Shown: positions 8,260 through 18,500 of the stretch, piece by piece
How the letters are laid out: every line of letters begins with the position of its first letter
Position numbering within the stretch: position 1 is the stretch's first letter
Assembly (NCBI GenBank): GCA_024763475.1
Contig: JANTFM010000001.1
Span: 7,879-71,878 of the forward strand
Reading direction: 5' to 3'
From: Acidobacteriota bacterium
GTDB lineage: Bacteria; Acidobacteriota; Polarisedimenticolia; J045
DNA: 64,000 nt
The notes under the pieces: model-generated
What the model saw: the letters and a program-made list of their open reading frames with translations, nothing else
Database searches by the model: none
Told to the model about the DNA's origin: nothing
Position numbers and translations under genes: made by a program

Positions 8260-11200
8260 ATGCAAGCCATGATGAAGATCGCAAACGCCGTTCTGCTGTC
8301 CGCAATCCTGCTCACAAGCGTGGGCTTCGCTACGCCCGCCCTGGCCCAGGTCGGAATCACGATCACGAGCCCCGCGGATTACGTCGAAGGAACGCTCGAG
8401 CTGTCCCCGGCGACCATGCCCTACATCGACCGCTCCTATCCCTATACAGCCGCGCCCGAGTTCTACCTTTCGTTGCAGACGGTCCGCACGGCCAATCGGG
8501 ACCGCTGGGACGAGAGCGAAGATTACCTGGTCTTCGAGGTTGACCGTCCGGTGACGGTTTACCTGCTCTACAGTTCCGAGGCGGCGAGTGCGCCAAACTG
8601 GGTGGCGAGCACCTTCACCCAGAACGGTGATCAGATTTCCCGGAACTACCACACCTGGAACGTCTGGCAGCGGGACTACCCCGCGGGCCAGGTCATCCTC
8701 GGCGGGAACATGGCCCCCGGCGCGGTGGCCATCGAGGGCGGCAGCATCGCAATGTTCAGTGTCGTGGTGGCCGAAGCCGACGAAGCGCCTGGGAATCGCC
8801 CGCCCGCCATCACCTCCGTCCCGGTGACCACGGCGACCGAGGGCGTGCTCTACACCTATGACGTGGAGGCCAGTGATCCCGACGCGGGTGATGTCCTCAC
8901 CTACTCCCTCGACACGGCACCCAGCGGCATGATCATCGATGGCGCGAGCGGCCTGATCGAATGGACACCGGACGCCAGCCAGGTTGGAGATCACGCGGTA
9001 ACCGTCCGCGTCGAGGATGGCGAGCCCCTCGCGGACACCCAGTCCTACAACGTGACGGTCTCTCCCGATACACCCGTGGATGACCTGGTGATCACGATCA
9101 CCGCCCCCGCCGACTACACGGAGGGCACGCTGGAGATTTCTCCTGCGACACGCCCCTATATCGACCGTTCCTACGTCTACATCGCGGCGCCCGGCCACTA
9201 CCTGGGACTACCGACCGTCCAGACCGCGAACCGCGACCGTGCGGAGACGACGACCGACTACCTGCACTTCGAGATCAACAAGGCCTGCATCGTCTACGTC
9301 CTCTACAGCTCGGAGGCTGCCAGCGTACCCGCCTGGCTCTCAGGCAGCTTCACGCAGAACGGCGACCAGGTCTCCCGCAACTACCACACCTGGAATGTCT
9401 GGCAGCGCCGTTACCCGGTGGGCGAGGTCGTCCTCGGTGGCAACCGGGCACCCGGCGCCGAAGCCATCGCCGGTGGTGCGCTCGGCATGTTCAGCGTGGT
9501 CGTCGAGGAGGCGCTTGGCCCGGCAGCAGAGTTCAGCGCCACACCCCGGAGCGGAGATTTGCCTCTCGAAGTGAGCTTCACCGACGAGTCCGATGGGAAC
9601 GTGACGACCTGGTCCTGGACCTTCGGCGATGGCGAGATGAGTACCGAACAGAACCCGGTGCACAGCTACGCCGAGGCTGGCAGCTATACCGTGACGCTCG
9701 AGGTCAGCGATGCCGACGGGAGCGACACCGTCACGAAGACGGATTACATCAGCGTCGTGGATCCCGCGCTCAACCAGCCGCCGGTCATCAGCTCGACTCC
9801 GGTCACGACCGCCGAGGTGGATAGCGCCTACAGCTATGACGTGGAGGCGGACGATCCAAACGCGGGGGATACGCTGACCTACTCTCTCGACATCTCACCG
9901 AGCGGCATGGTGATTGATTCGGTGAGTGGCCTGATCAGCTGGACTCCCACCGCGAGCCAGGTGGGAGACCACGCCGTCACGGTACGCGTCGAGGACCAGG
10001 AGGCCGCGGCCGACACGCAGAGTTACACGGTCACCGTCACCGACGATTCAACCCCCGTCGCTCTGGAGATCACGATCCTCAGCCCCGCCGACTACGTCGA
10101 AGGGACGCTCGATCTGCATCCCGCGAGTCGACCCTACGTGGATCGCTCCTACGTCTTCACCGCGGCTCCGGAACGCTATATCGGCCTGCCGACCGTGCGG
10201 ACGGCAAACGCGGATCGTGGCGAGACCAGCTTGGATTACCTGCGCTTCGAGGTGAACAAGACTGTCAACGTTCTCGTCTGCTACAGCACCCAGGCGGCGA
10301 GCGTGCCGGACTGGCTCAGCAGCCGCTTCACGCAGAACGGCGACCAGATCTCTCGCAACTACCACGACTGGAATGTCTGGGAGGCGCGCTTCGCGCCGGG
10401 TGAGATTGTTCTCGGTGGAAACAGCGCCCCTGGAGCGAGCGCGGTGGCGGGCGGTACGATCGCGATGTTCGCTGTCGTCGTGGAAGAGAGCAGCGGCCCG
10501 GCCGCGGCCTTCTCGGGAACGCCGCGAAGTGGAAACCTGCCCCTCGAGGTGAGCTTCACGGATAGTTCTACCGGCCCGGTGGACAGCTGGTCCTGGACCT
10601 TCGGCGACGGCGGGATGAGCACCGAGCAGAACCCGGTCCACAGCTACGCCGCCGCGGGCCTCTACACGGTGACGCTTGACGTCACAGGAGCCGAAGGATC
10701 TAACACCAAGACCGAGACCGACTACATCGAGGTGATCGATCCGAACGTGAACCAGGCGCCCGAGATCACCTCGGCTCCGATTCTCTCGGCCGTCGTCGAC
10801 ACGCTCTACAGCTACGACGTGGACGCCGAGGATCCGGACGCCGGTGATGTGCTGACCTACTCGCTGGATACGGCGCCGGTGGGCATGGTCATCGATCCGG
10901 CGAGCGGCTTGATCGAGTGGACTCCCGATCTCTCCCAGGTCGGTGACAACGATGTCGTGGTTCGCGTCGAGGACCAGGATCTCGCGGCGGATACCCAGAG
11001 CTTCACGATCAGCGTGAGCGATGGCTCTGAGCCGCTACCTCTCGAGATCACCATCCTCACCCCGGCAGACTACGCCGAGTCGGAGCTCAGGCTCGCGCCG
11101 GGCGCGTCGAAGACCTACATCGACCGCTCCTATGTCTTCACCGCAGCCCCCGAGCGTTTCGTCGGCATGGCGGTGATCCAGACGGCGAATCGCGACCGGC

Positions 11201-14200
11201 ATGAGAGCTCCGAGAACTACCTGAGCTTCGAGGTCAACCAGGCCGTCAACGTCTACGTGGCCTACAGCACCCAGGCCGCGAGCGCCCCGGACTGGCTGAG
11301 CGCGAGCTTCACCCAAATCGGCGAGCAGGTCTCGCGGACCTACCACAGCTGGAACCTCTGGCAGGCGCGCTACGGCGCGGGCACCATTGTCCTTGGTGGC
11401 AACGAGGCCCCCGGATACGAGGCCGTCTCCGGCGGATCCATCGGGATGTTCGTGGTGCTCGTCGAGCCGGCGGGCGGCCCGGCTGCGGACTTCTCGGCGA
11501 CGCCGCTGAGCGGATCGACCCCGCTCGAGGTGAGCTTCACCGATCTTTCCGATGGCAACATCTCGAGTTGGGCCTGGGACTTCGGGGATGGTGGAAGCAG
11601 TGACCTGCAAAACCCGACCCATACCTACTCCAGCGAGGGAAGCTACACCGTCACGCTGAGCGTGGACGGGGCTGACGGAGCGGATTCGCTCGTGCGGACG
11701 GACTATATCCACGCAACCGACCCCGCGAACAACGAAGCACCGACGATCACCTCGACACCGGTCACCTCGGCGATCGTCGGCGAGCTCTATACCTACGATG
11801 CCGAGGCGACGGATCCGAACGGTGACACCCTGACCTGGTCGCTGGATACGGCGCCGGTTGGGATGAACATCGATTCGGTGACGGGAGTCATCGACTGGCG
11901 TCCCGACGCAGGACAGGTCGGCGACCATCAGGTCGTCGTGCGGGTGGAGGATCCGCTGGCTGCCGCAGACACCCAGAGCTACACCGTCACGGTCAGTGAG
12001 GCGTCCTCCAGCCAGGAGCTGACGATCACGATCCTCACACCGGCGGACTACCTCGAGTCGACCCTCGAGATCGACCCCGCGACCAACCCCTACATGGATC
12101 GCGCCTATCCCTTCACCGCCGCGGGGGAGCACTACATCGGCCTGCCCGTGGTGCAGACGGCGAATCGCGATCGCTACGAGGATTCCGAAGACTACTGTAC
12201 CTTTGAGGTCAACAAGCCGGTGTGGGTCTATGTCCTCTACAGCACCGAGGCGGAGACGGCTCCCGACTGGCTGGAGCTCAACTTCACCAAGACCAACGAC
12301 CAGATCAGCCGCCGTTATCACACCTGGAATGTCTGGAAGCGCCAGTATCCTGCCGGGGTGGTAACCCTCGGGGGCAACGAAGCTCCGGGCCTGGTCATCC
12401 AGGAGGGCGGCTCGATCGGCATGTTCAGTGTGGTCCTCGAGGAGCTCGAGGTCCCGTTCGCTGACTTCAATGCGGTCCCCGTGGCGGGAGCCCCACCGCT
12501 TGCCGTGGCCTTCGAGGACAGGTCGACCGGTGGGATCAACAGCTGGCTTTGGACCTTCGGTGATGGAGAAACCAGCAGCGAGCAGAACCCCGTACACACC
12601 TACAACGAGCTCGGGCTCTACACCGTGACCCTCGACGTGAGTGGCTACGCCGGTTCGGACAGCCGCACGCGCACGGAATACATCAACGTCACCAACGATG
12701 AGATCAACGAGTCACCGCAGATCACGTCATCGCCGATCACCCAGGCCATCGCAGACGAGCTCTACAGCTACGACGTGGAGGCCACGGATCCGAACGCCGG
12801 GGATCTTCTCGAGTACTCTCTCGACAGCTCGCCTTCGGGCATGACGATCGACAGTGCGTCCGGCCTGATCCAATGGACGCCGAATTCCGGGCAGGTCGGC
12901 TCCCACGAAATCGTCGTGCGGGTCCAGGATGGTGGAGGGCTCTACGACACCCAGGCCTACTCGATTCTCGTCGATGTGGCGCGCGTGCCTTGGATGCACG
13001 CCTTCTGGGACCATCGCCAGATGCTCACGATCGACAATCCCTGCGGGGAGGTTCAGAGCGGGAAGCCTGTCCGTATCGATCTGGACTCGACTTTCGATTT
13101 CTCACGTGTCGCCGCGGACGGTCATGACCTGCGCGCGACCCTCGATGACGAAATCACCGAGATTCCCCTGTGGATCGAACACTGGAACGCCGACGCGCAG
13201 AGTGCGACGGTCTGGGTGCGCCTGCCGACGCTGCCTGCGGACGGCACCTCGATCTACTTCTACTCCGGATACGAGGAGGCCCAGGCGCGCGTCCGGGCTG
13301 CGAGCGTCTTCGATCTCTACGATGGCTTCGAGACCGATCCTCTCGGCCGCGTGGCGGCCGGCGAGCGAGACAATCCCGGCCAGTGGTCCCGGGTGGGCGA
13401 GGCCTCGCTCATTGAGTCCGGCGCTCCGGGTAGCTGGGATGCCTCCGGCGTGCGGGTCACCAGCGTCATCTGGGACGAGGATGAACTCGAGTATCGTGCC
13501 TACTACGAAGGTGTCTCGGACAGTGGCGATCAGCGCATCGGCGTCGCCTTCTCGCCGGACGGCGAGCGCTGGACCACCTGGCGCGATGGCTACCTGCTCG
13601 CTCCCGATGCGGGCAGCTGGGACGAGAGCGGCCTCTACGCACCGGTGGTCTGGCGGGAAGGTCCCGCGGACTACCGCATGCTCTACACCGGTGCTGGAAG
13701 CTCCGGGCGCCAGATCGGCCTGGCCACATCGCCGGACGGCCTGGTCTGGACGAAGAGCGTGGACAACCCGGTCTTCAACGATCCTGACTGGGCGCACGGC
13801 GACACGAACGGTGGCGGTGTCATCCGCGTCGACGGCGAGTACCTGATGTGGTACGCAACCGGCGGCTCTGGTGAGTCGGGAATCGCCGTGTCGACGGATC
13901 TCGTCAGCTGGAGCCCGTACCAGCCGGCGCCGATCTTCCCCAGCGGCGGCCTGCCGCAGGAGCGGAGCTGGTCCCGGGTGGCGTCGCAGACGTTCCGCCA
14001 TGGCAGCGACTACTACGTCTTCGTGAACGCCAGCGACGAGAGTGGCGCCCACGGCGAAGTCGATCTCTACCGCTCCTCGAGTCCCTACTTCCCGGATGCG
14101 GATCGCCACTTCGTGCGCACCGTGCACGTTCCGGGCCCGGAAGGCGAGTGGGACTCGTCTCACAGCGGCCCCTTGATGGTCGTCACTACGGGTATCGAGG

Positions 14201-15339
14201 CGCTCGCACTCCACGACGGACAACTTCGCGCGTACTACGCGGGCCGGAGTCCTGCCGGCATCTGGAGCTCAGGCCAGCTGAGCGAGGGCGATCTCGATGT
14301 GGCGCTTTCCGACGCTGCCGCCGCGACGACCTCCCTGGGCTGGGTGTTCAGCGCGAACGCCGCGACAACTCAGCTCGAAGCGCGGGGCGGGACGAAGTCC
14401 GTACGCCTCGCCGACGCGGATCCAGCCCTGAGCGAGGACGCTGTGGCCACCTTTGCCGGCCAAGGCGAGGGCCGGGTCGCTGCGTGGATGAGGCGTTCGG
14501 GTGCGAGCAACGGAGCGTTCGACCTGCGTCTCTTCGACGGCAACGACTTTGCCGCGTCTGCAGGTTTCGGAGCGGACGGCTACTTCCAGTTCTGGAACGG
14601 GTCGAACTTCTCCACCACCATTCCCTGGTCCAGTGATGAGTGGTACCTGGTGGAGATCTTCTTCGACACGCTGATGAGCACCTACGACGTCACGATCTTC
14701 GATGCCAACATGGTGGAGCTGGGGAGCTACACCGATATCGGCTTCGAACTGCCGGTCACCAGCATCAACAAGGCGTCGCTCTGGACCAGCGAGGGTCTCG
14801 TCGAGGATGTCTTCTTCGATGACTTCCGCGTGGAGGCCTTCTGCGGAGCCGACCCGGCGGGGACCCTGGGTATCGAGGAGGATCAGCCGCCGCTCGAGTT
14901 CGCGCTCACGCTGCTCGACTTCCCCGAGGGGTACTACACGAGCACGGTCTCACTCTCCCCGGACAACAAGTACACCTACTTCGATCGATCCTACATCTTC
15001 GAGGCTGCGCCGCCCGAGTATCTCGGTCTGCCATATATCGCGACCGCGGTGCGCGATGACCTTGCGGACGACGAGGAATGGATCACCTTCCACGTCAACC
15101 GTCCGGTGACGGTCTATGTCGGCTACTCCAACACCCAGGTGGCGAAGGCCCCGAACTGGATCAACCATCACTATCAGGAAAACGGCAAGGAGGTCAGCCG
15201 CACCTTCTGGACCTGGCAGGTCTGGGAGCGGGAGTTCCCCGCGGGTCGCATCGTCCTCGGCAGCAACGCTGCGGCAGGAACCGTGGAAGGGCACATCACC
15301 AACTACACGGTGATCATCGAGGAGCGCACGAAGCCATGA
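8260..15339 (+). CDS. Giant secreted surface protein: 6 copies of an unnamed ~140-aa domain, 5 Ig/cadherin-like, 4 PKD, DUF2341, a glycoside-hydrolase-like beta-propeller and a ConA-like region
   Basis: ATG 8260 with GAGGGG RBS and a signal peptide ending ALA; PKD motif WSWTFGDG...QNPVHSY; Ig motif YDVEASDPDAGDVLTYSL...SGLIEWTP; DUF2341 motif DGHDLR...WIEHW...VWVRLP; propeller motif IGLATSPDGLVWTK. Confidence 0.9.
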   Translation: MQAMMKIANAVLLSAILLTSVGFATPALAQVGITITSPADYVEGTLELSPATMPYIDRSYPYTAAPEFYLSLQTVRTANRDRWDESEDYLVFEVDRPVTVYLLYSSEAASAPNWVASTFTQNGDQISRNYHTWNVWQRDYPAGQVILGGNMAPGAVAIEGGSIAMFSVVVAEADEAPGNRPPAITSVPVTTATEGVLYTYDVEASDPDAGDVLTYSLDTAPSGMIIDGASGLIEWTPDASQVGDHAVTVRVEDGEPLADTQSYNVTVSPDTPVDDLVITITAPADYTEGTLEISPATRPYIDRSYVYIAAPGHYLGLPTVQTANRDRAETTTDYLHFEINKACIVYVLYSSEAASVPAWLSGSFTQNGDQVSRNYHTWNVWQRRYPVGEVVLGGNRAPGAEAIAGGALGMFSVVVEEALGPAAEFSATPRSGDLPLEVSFTDESDGNVTTWSWTFGDGEMSTEQNPVHSYAEAGSYTVTLEVSDADGSDTVTKTDYISVVDPALNQPPVISSTPVTTAEVDSAYSYDVEADDPNAGDTLTYSLDISPSGMVIDSVSGLISWTPTASQVGDHAVTVRVEDQEAAADTQSYTVTVTDDSTPVALEITILSPADYVEGTLDLHPASRPYVDRSYVFTAAPERYIGLPTVRTANADRGETSLDYLRFEVNKTVNVLVCYSTQAASVPDWLSSRFTQNGDQISRNYHDWNVWEARFAPGEIVLGGNSAPGASAVAGGTIAMFAVVVEESSGPAAAFSGTPRSGNLPLEVSFTDSSTGPVDSWSWTFGDGGMSTEQNPVHSYAAAGLYTVTLDVTGAEGSNTKTETDYIEVIDPNVNQAPEITSAPILSAVVDTLYSYDVDAEDPDAGDVLTYSLDTAPVGMVIDPASGLIEWTPDLSQVGDNDVVVRVEDQDLAADTQSFTISVSDGSEPLPLEITILTPADYAESELRLAPGASKTYIDRSYVFTAAPERFVGMAVIQTANRDRHESSENYLSFEVNQAVNVYVAYSTQAASAPDWLSASFTQIGEQVSRTYHSWNLWQARYGAGTIVLGGNEAPGYEAVSGGSIGMFVVLVEPAGGPAADFSATPLSGSTPLEVSFTDLSDGNISSWAWDFGDGGSSDLQNPTHTYSSEGSYTVTLSVDGADGADSLVRTDYIHATDPANNEAPTITSTPVTSAIVGELYTYDAEATDPNGDTLTWSLDTAPVGMNIDSVTGVIDWRPDAGQVGDHQVVVRVEDPLAAADTQSYTVTVSEASSSQELTITILTPADYLESTLEIDPATNPYMDRAYPFTAAGEHYIGLPVVQTANRDRYEDSEDYCTFEVNKPVWVYVLYSTEAETAPDWLELNFTKTNDQISRRYHTWNVWKRQYPAGVVTLGGNEAPGLVIQEGGSIGMFSVVLEELEVPFADFNAVPVAGAPPLAVAFEDRSTGGINSWLWTFGDGETSSEQNPVHTYNELGLYTVTLDVSGYAGSDSRTRTEYINVTNDEINESPQITSSPITQAIADELYSYDVEATDPNAGDLLEYSLDSSPSGMTIDSASGLIQWTPNSGQVGSHEIVVRVQDGGGLYDTQAYSILVDVARVPWMHAFWDHRQMLTIDNPCGEVQSGKPVRIDLDSTFDFSRVAADGHDLRATLDDEITEIPLWIEHWNADAQSATVWVRLPTLPADGTSIYFYSGYEEAQARVRAASVFDLYDGFETDPLGRVAAGERDNPGQWSRVGEASLIESGAPGSWDASGVRVTSVIWDEDELEYRAYYEGVSDSGDQRIGVAFSPDGERWTTWRDGYLLAPDAGSWDESGLYAPVVWREGPADYRMLYTGAGSSGRQIGLATSPDGLVWTKSVDNPVFNDPDWAHGDTNGGGVIRVDGEYLMWYATGGSGESGIAVSTDLVSWSPYQPAPIFPSGGLPQERSWSRVASQTFRHGSDYYVFVNASDESGAHGEVDLYRSSSPYFPDADRHFVRTVHVPGPEGEWDSSHSGPLMVVTTGIEALALHDGQLRAYYAGRSPAGIWSSGQLSEGDLDVALSDAAAATTSLGWVFSANAATTQLEARGGTKSVRLADADPALSEDAVATFAGQGEGRVAAWMRRSGASNGAFDLRLFDGNDFAASAGFGADGYFQFWNGSNFSTTIPWSSDEWYLVEIFFDTLMSTYDVTIFDANMVELGSYTDIGFELPVTSINKASLWTSEGLVEDVFFDDFRVEAFCGADPAGTLGIEEDQPPLEFALTLLDFPEGYYTSTVSLSPDNKYTYFDRSYIFEAAPPEYLGLPYIATAVRDDLADDEEWITFHVNRPVTVYVGYSNTQVAKAPNWINHHYQENGKEVSRTFWTWQVWEREFPAGRIVLGSNAAAGTVEGHITNYTVIIEERTKP

Positions 15340-15370
15340 TCCCCGATTCTAGCCGCGGATCCCGCTAGAC

Positions 15371-16861
15371 GTGAGTTCCGGCATCAAGGGGGAGGTGAAG
15401 CTCCTCGCGAAGCACTCTGCGATCTACGGGGTCGCGCGGATCCTCGATCGCGCGATCGGTTTCTTCATGATCCCGGTCTACACGCGCTTCCTCGCGCCCG
15501 CCGACTACGGCGTGCTCGAGTTGATCTACATGACGGTCAGCCTGATCGGGATGGTCGTCGGCGTCGGCATCACCTCGGCCGTCACACGCTTCTACTTCGA
15601 CCACAAGGACGAAGAGAAGCGGAACGTCGTGATCTCGACGGCGATCATCGCCTACGGCGGCATGGTCGGTTTGATCGTGCTCCTGCTCCTGCCGTTCGGG
15701 GGCTTCGTCGGGCGCGTCGTCTTGCAGTCCGACGATGGATCCCGCTTGATCCTCGTCGCGCTGATCACGATGGCGGCGGACATCGTGTTCTCGATCGTCC
15801 TCGCCTACCTGCGCGCGCAGCATGCGTCACTCAAGGTTACCGGGATCACCCTGACCAAGACTGTTCTCACGCTGAGCCTGAACATCTACTTCCTCGTCTT
15901 CCTCGAGATGGGCGTGTTTGGGATCCTGCTGGCCTCTCTGGTGGCCAACCTGCTCTTCGCCACGGGGATGGTCATCGATACGCTGCGCCGCACAGGAATG
16001 CGCATCGATTTTCCGCTGATGGTGGAAATGCTGCGTTTCGGTGGGCCCCTGATCCCGTCCAACGTCGCGGCGTACCTGGTGCACAGTTCGGACCGCTACT
16101 TCATCGGGCACTACGTTGCGGTCTCCCAGGTCGGGATCTACTCGCTGGGTTACAAGTTCGGCTCGCTGATCAACCAGCTCGTCAATGCGCCGTTCACCCA
16201 AATCTGGAATCCGCGGCGCATCGAGAAGTTCGATCAGGGTGATGTCGAGAAACACTTCGCGAAGATTTTCACCTACTTCTGCACGCTGAACGTTTTTGCG
16301 GCGCTGATGCTCTCGCTGCTCTCGAGAGAGCTGATCCAGGTCATGGCGGCGCCAGAGTACTGGGATGCCTACAAGGTCGTGCCGATCATCGCGCTGTCCT
16401 ACGTCATCTTCTCGTTCCACTACCACTTCAACATCGGCATCCTCGCCAAGAAGAAGACGAAGTTTATCGCCTATACCAACGTCCTCAACGGCGGCTTGAA
16501 TCTCGTCTTGAATATCGCACTGATCCCGAGATTCGGTGTCTGGGGTGCCGCCTGGGCGACGCTCTTCTGTTTCACTTTCAAGATCACGCTGACCTACATC
16601 TTCTCGAACCGCCTCCACCCGATCCTGGTGGAGTGGCGTCGCGTGATCACGGTCTTCCTCGTCGGAGGCGTGGTCTACGGGGCTGGCGTCCAGATCGACT
16701 TGGGCTCGATTTGGCTCAACGCTCCCGCCCACGCGGCTGCAGGACTTGGTATGCCGTTGCTGCTGGTCGTGGCGCGTTTCTTCTCCCAGGAAGAGCTGGC
16801 GTTGGGCCGACGTCTCCTGTTCTCCAAGCTGGGCCGTGGTGCGGCGGGGCAGGGTGCGTAA
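15371..16861 (+). CDS. wzx: Wzx-type oligosaccharide flippase
   Basis: IPVYTRFLAPADYG, DRYFI...VGIYSLGYK, LIPRFGVWGAAWAT; 496 aa, polytopic. Confidence 0.85.
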   Translation: MSSGIKGEVKLLAKHSAIYGVARILDRAIGFFMIPVYTRFLAPADYGVLELIYMTVSLIGMVVGVGITSAVTRFYFDHKDEEKRNVVISTAIIAYGGMVGLIVLLLLPFGGFVGRVVLQSDDGSRLILVALITMAADIVFSIVLAYLRAQHASLKVTGITLTKTVLTLSLNIYFLVFLEMGVFGILLASLVANLLFATGMVIDTLRRTGMRIDFPLMVEMLRFGGPLIPSNVAAYLVHSSDRYFIGHYVAVSQVGIYSLGYKFGSLINQLVNAPFTQIWNPRRIEKFDQGDVEKHFAKIFTYFCTLNVFAALMLSLLSRELIQVMAAPEYWDAYKVVPIIALSYVIFSFHYHFNIGILAKKKTKFIAYTNVLNGGLNLVLNIALIPRFGVWGAAWATLFCFTFKITLTYIFSNRLHPILVEWRRVITVFLVGGVVYGAGVQIDLGSIWLNAPAHAAAGLGMPLLLVVARFFSQEELALGRRLLFSKLGRGAAGQGA

Positions 16862-16873
16862 CGCGGGGAGGCG

Positions 16874-17686
16874 ATGGGCCGCTCGAAAGCGGCGAAGGAG
16901 CGAGCCATGACACCCGATGGCGACAAGATGCTGGGAATTTTTGGCGGAATGGGAGCGGAGGCGGGTGCCATGACCTACCAGCGCCTCGTCCGCAGCACGG
17001 CAGCCGCGACCGATCAGGAGCACATCCCCACGGTGGTCTACGGGGCGACGACGGTGCCGGACCGCACCCAGGCCATCCTGGGGAGCGGCAAGCCCTGTGT
17101 TGACGCTCTCGTCGACGGTGTCCGCTTTCTCGAGCGCTGTGGCGCAGACGTTGTCATCGTCGGTTGCATCACCGCCCACCACTACATCGAAGAGATGCGC
17201 GGCGCGGTGTCCTGCGAGATCCTCTCCGCCGTCGAGGAGACGGTGCAGGTCATCCGTGAGCGAGCACCGGACGCGCAACGCATCGGTCTTCTGGCGACCA
17301 CGGGCACGATCGCCAGCCGGATCTTCCAGTCCGCCCTGGAGCGCGAGGGACTCACGCCGGAGATTCTCGACCCGCGCGATCAGGCGCGCTGGGTCATGGA
17401 AGCGATCTACGGCGAGCACGGCATCAAGAGCGGGGAGGAGGGGCCCGGCCGTCAGCTGATGCTCAAGGCGGCAGCGGAGCTGATGGATCGTGATGTCGAC
17501 GGTCTGATCGCCGGCTGCACCGAGATCCCTCTCGCGCTATTCCCCGAGGACTGTAGCGTCCCGCTCTTCGATCCTCTGGACGCCCTGATCGCCGCGGCGG
17601 TCAGGGCCTGTGGCCGCAAGCTGCGGGATTCGGCCGGGGGAGGCCCCGCGTTAAACTGCTGTCAACACTCCTCGGTAAAAAATTAA
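16874..17686 (+). CDS. Aspartate/amino-acid racemase, PLP-independent (alternative start 16907)
   Basis: GIFGGMG, PDRT, GCITAH, GLLATTGT, AGCTEIPL; both catalytic cysteines present. Confidence 0.9.
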   Translation: MGRSKAAKERAMTPDGDKMLGIFGGMGAEAGAMTYQRLVRSTAAATDQEHIPTVVYGATTVPDRTQAILGSGKPCVDALVDGVRFLERCGADVVIVGCITAHHYIEEMRGAVSCEILSAVEETVQVIRERAPDAQRIGLLATTGTIASRIFQSALEREGLTPEILDPRDQARWVMEAIYGEHGIKSGEEGPGRQLMLKAAAELMDRDVDGLIAGCTEIPLALFPEDCSVPLFDPLDALIAAAVRACGRKLRDSAGGGPALNCCQHSSVKN

Positions 17687-17757
17687 CTAGAAGTGCCGTG
17701 GAGTTATTGGTCCTTGCGCGATCCTAAGTTCCAGCGTATCTATAGATTGCTACAGGA

Positions 17758-17771
17758 ACTGACATGTCAGT
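17758..17771. promoter_or_regulatory. Perfect palindrome ACTGACATGTCAGT, probable TetR operator
   Basis: 14-bp palindrome in the AT-rich stretch immediately upstream of the TetR gene. Confidence 0.65.
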
Positions 17772-17807
17772 CTAGAGGGGCGCGGCATCTCGGTTTCCGG
17801 CTCATGC

Positions 17808-18500
17808 GTGGGGAGGGCGCCGAGGATGAGGAGGGGTCATCGTCGTCAGGCTGTGCTGGATGCTGCCCGGGTTGTGTTCGCCGAGCGCGGCTATCACGCG
17901 GCCTCCGTTGCGAACATCATTGAGGAAGCACGGATCGCCAGGGGTACCTTCTACCTCTACTTTGAAAGCAAGAGGGCCGTCTTCAGCGAACTGGTGGACC
18001 AGTTCCTGGCGGCTCTGCGGAACTCCGTCAAGGGCCTGAAGATCGGTCGCGAGGAGAATCCGCCCCATGAGCAGCTCCGCGCCAACTTCTCCCGCGTGCT
18101 TGCCCTGCTGGGGGAGGAACCGGAGATGGCGGTCATCCTCCTCGACCATGCCCATGGGTTAGATGAGGAAAGCGACCGGAAGCTGCTCGAGTTCTACGAC
18201 CAGATGGCTCACGGTCTCGAGCGGGCCCTCGAGGCGGGACGCGCTCTCGGCCTGGTCAGCATCGAAGACACCGAAATCGCCGCTCGCGCCGTCCTTGGTG
18301 GGCTCAAGGAGGTTGTTCGTTTCCTGACGATCCATGGGGGAGAGCCCCGTGATCACGAGCGCCTGGTTGACGATCTACTCCGGGTGACTTTGCGCGGCGT
18401 GCTCGATGGCCCGATGAAGCAACTGCTCGAGCCGGTTCTCTCGCCCCTGCCATCGTTGGACGTGGAAGACGAGGAGACGGGCGCCGGAGACGAACGATGA
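17808..18500 (+). CDS. TetR/AcrR family regulator (alternative start 17826)
   Basis: VLDAARVVFAERGYHAASVANIIEEARIARGTFYLYFESK. Confidence 0.92.
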   Translation: MGRAPRMRRGHRRQAVLDAARVVFAERGYHAASVANIIEEARIARGTFYLYFESKRAVFSELVDQFLAALRNSVKGLKIGREENPPHEQLRANFSRVLALLGEEPEMAVILLDHAHGLDEESDRKLLEFYDQMAHGLERALEAGRALGLVSIEDTEIAARAVLGGLKEVVRFLTIHGGEPRDHERLVDDLLRVTLRGVLDGPMKQLLEPVLSPLPSLDVEDEETGAGDER

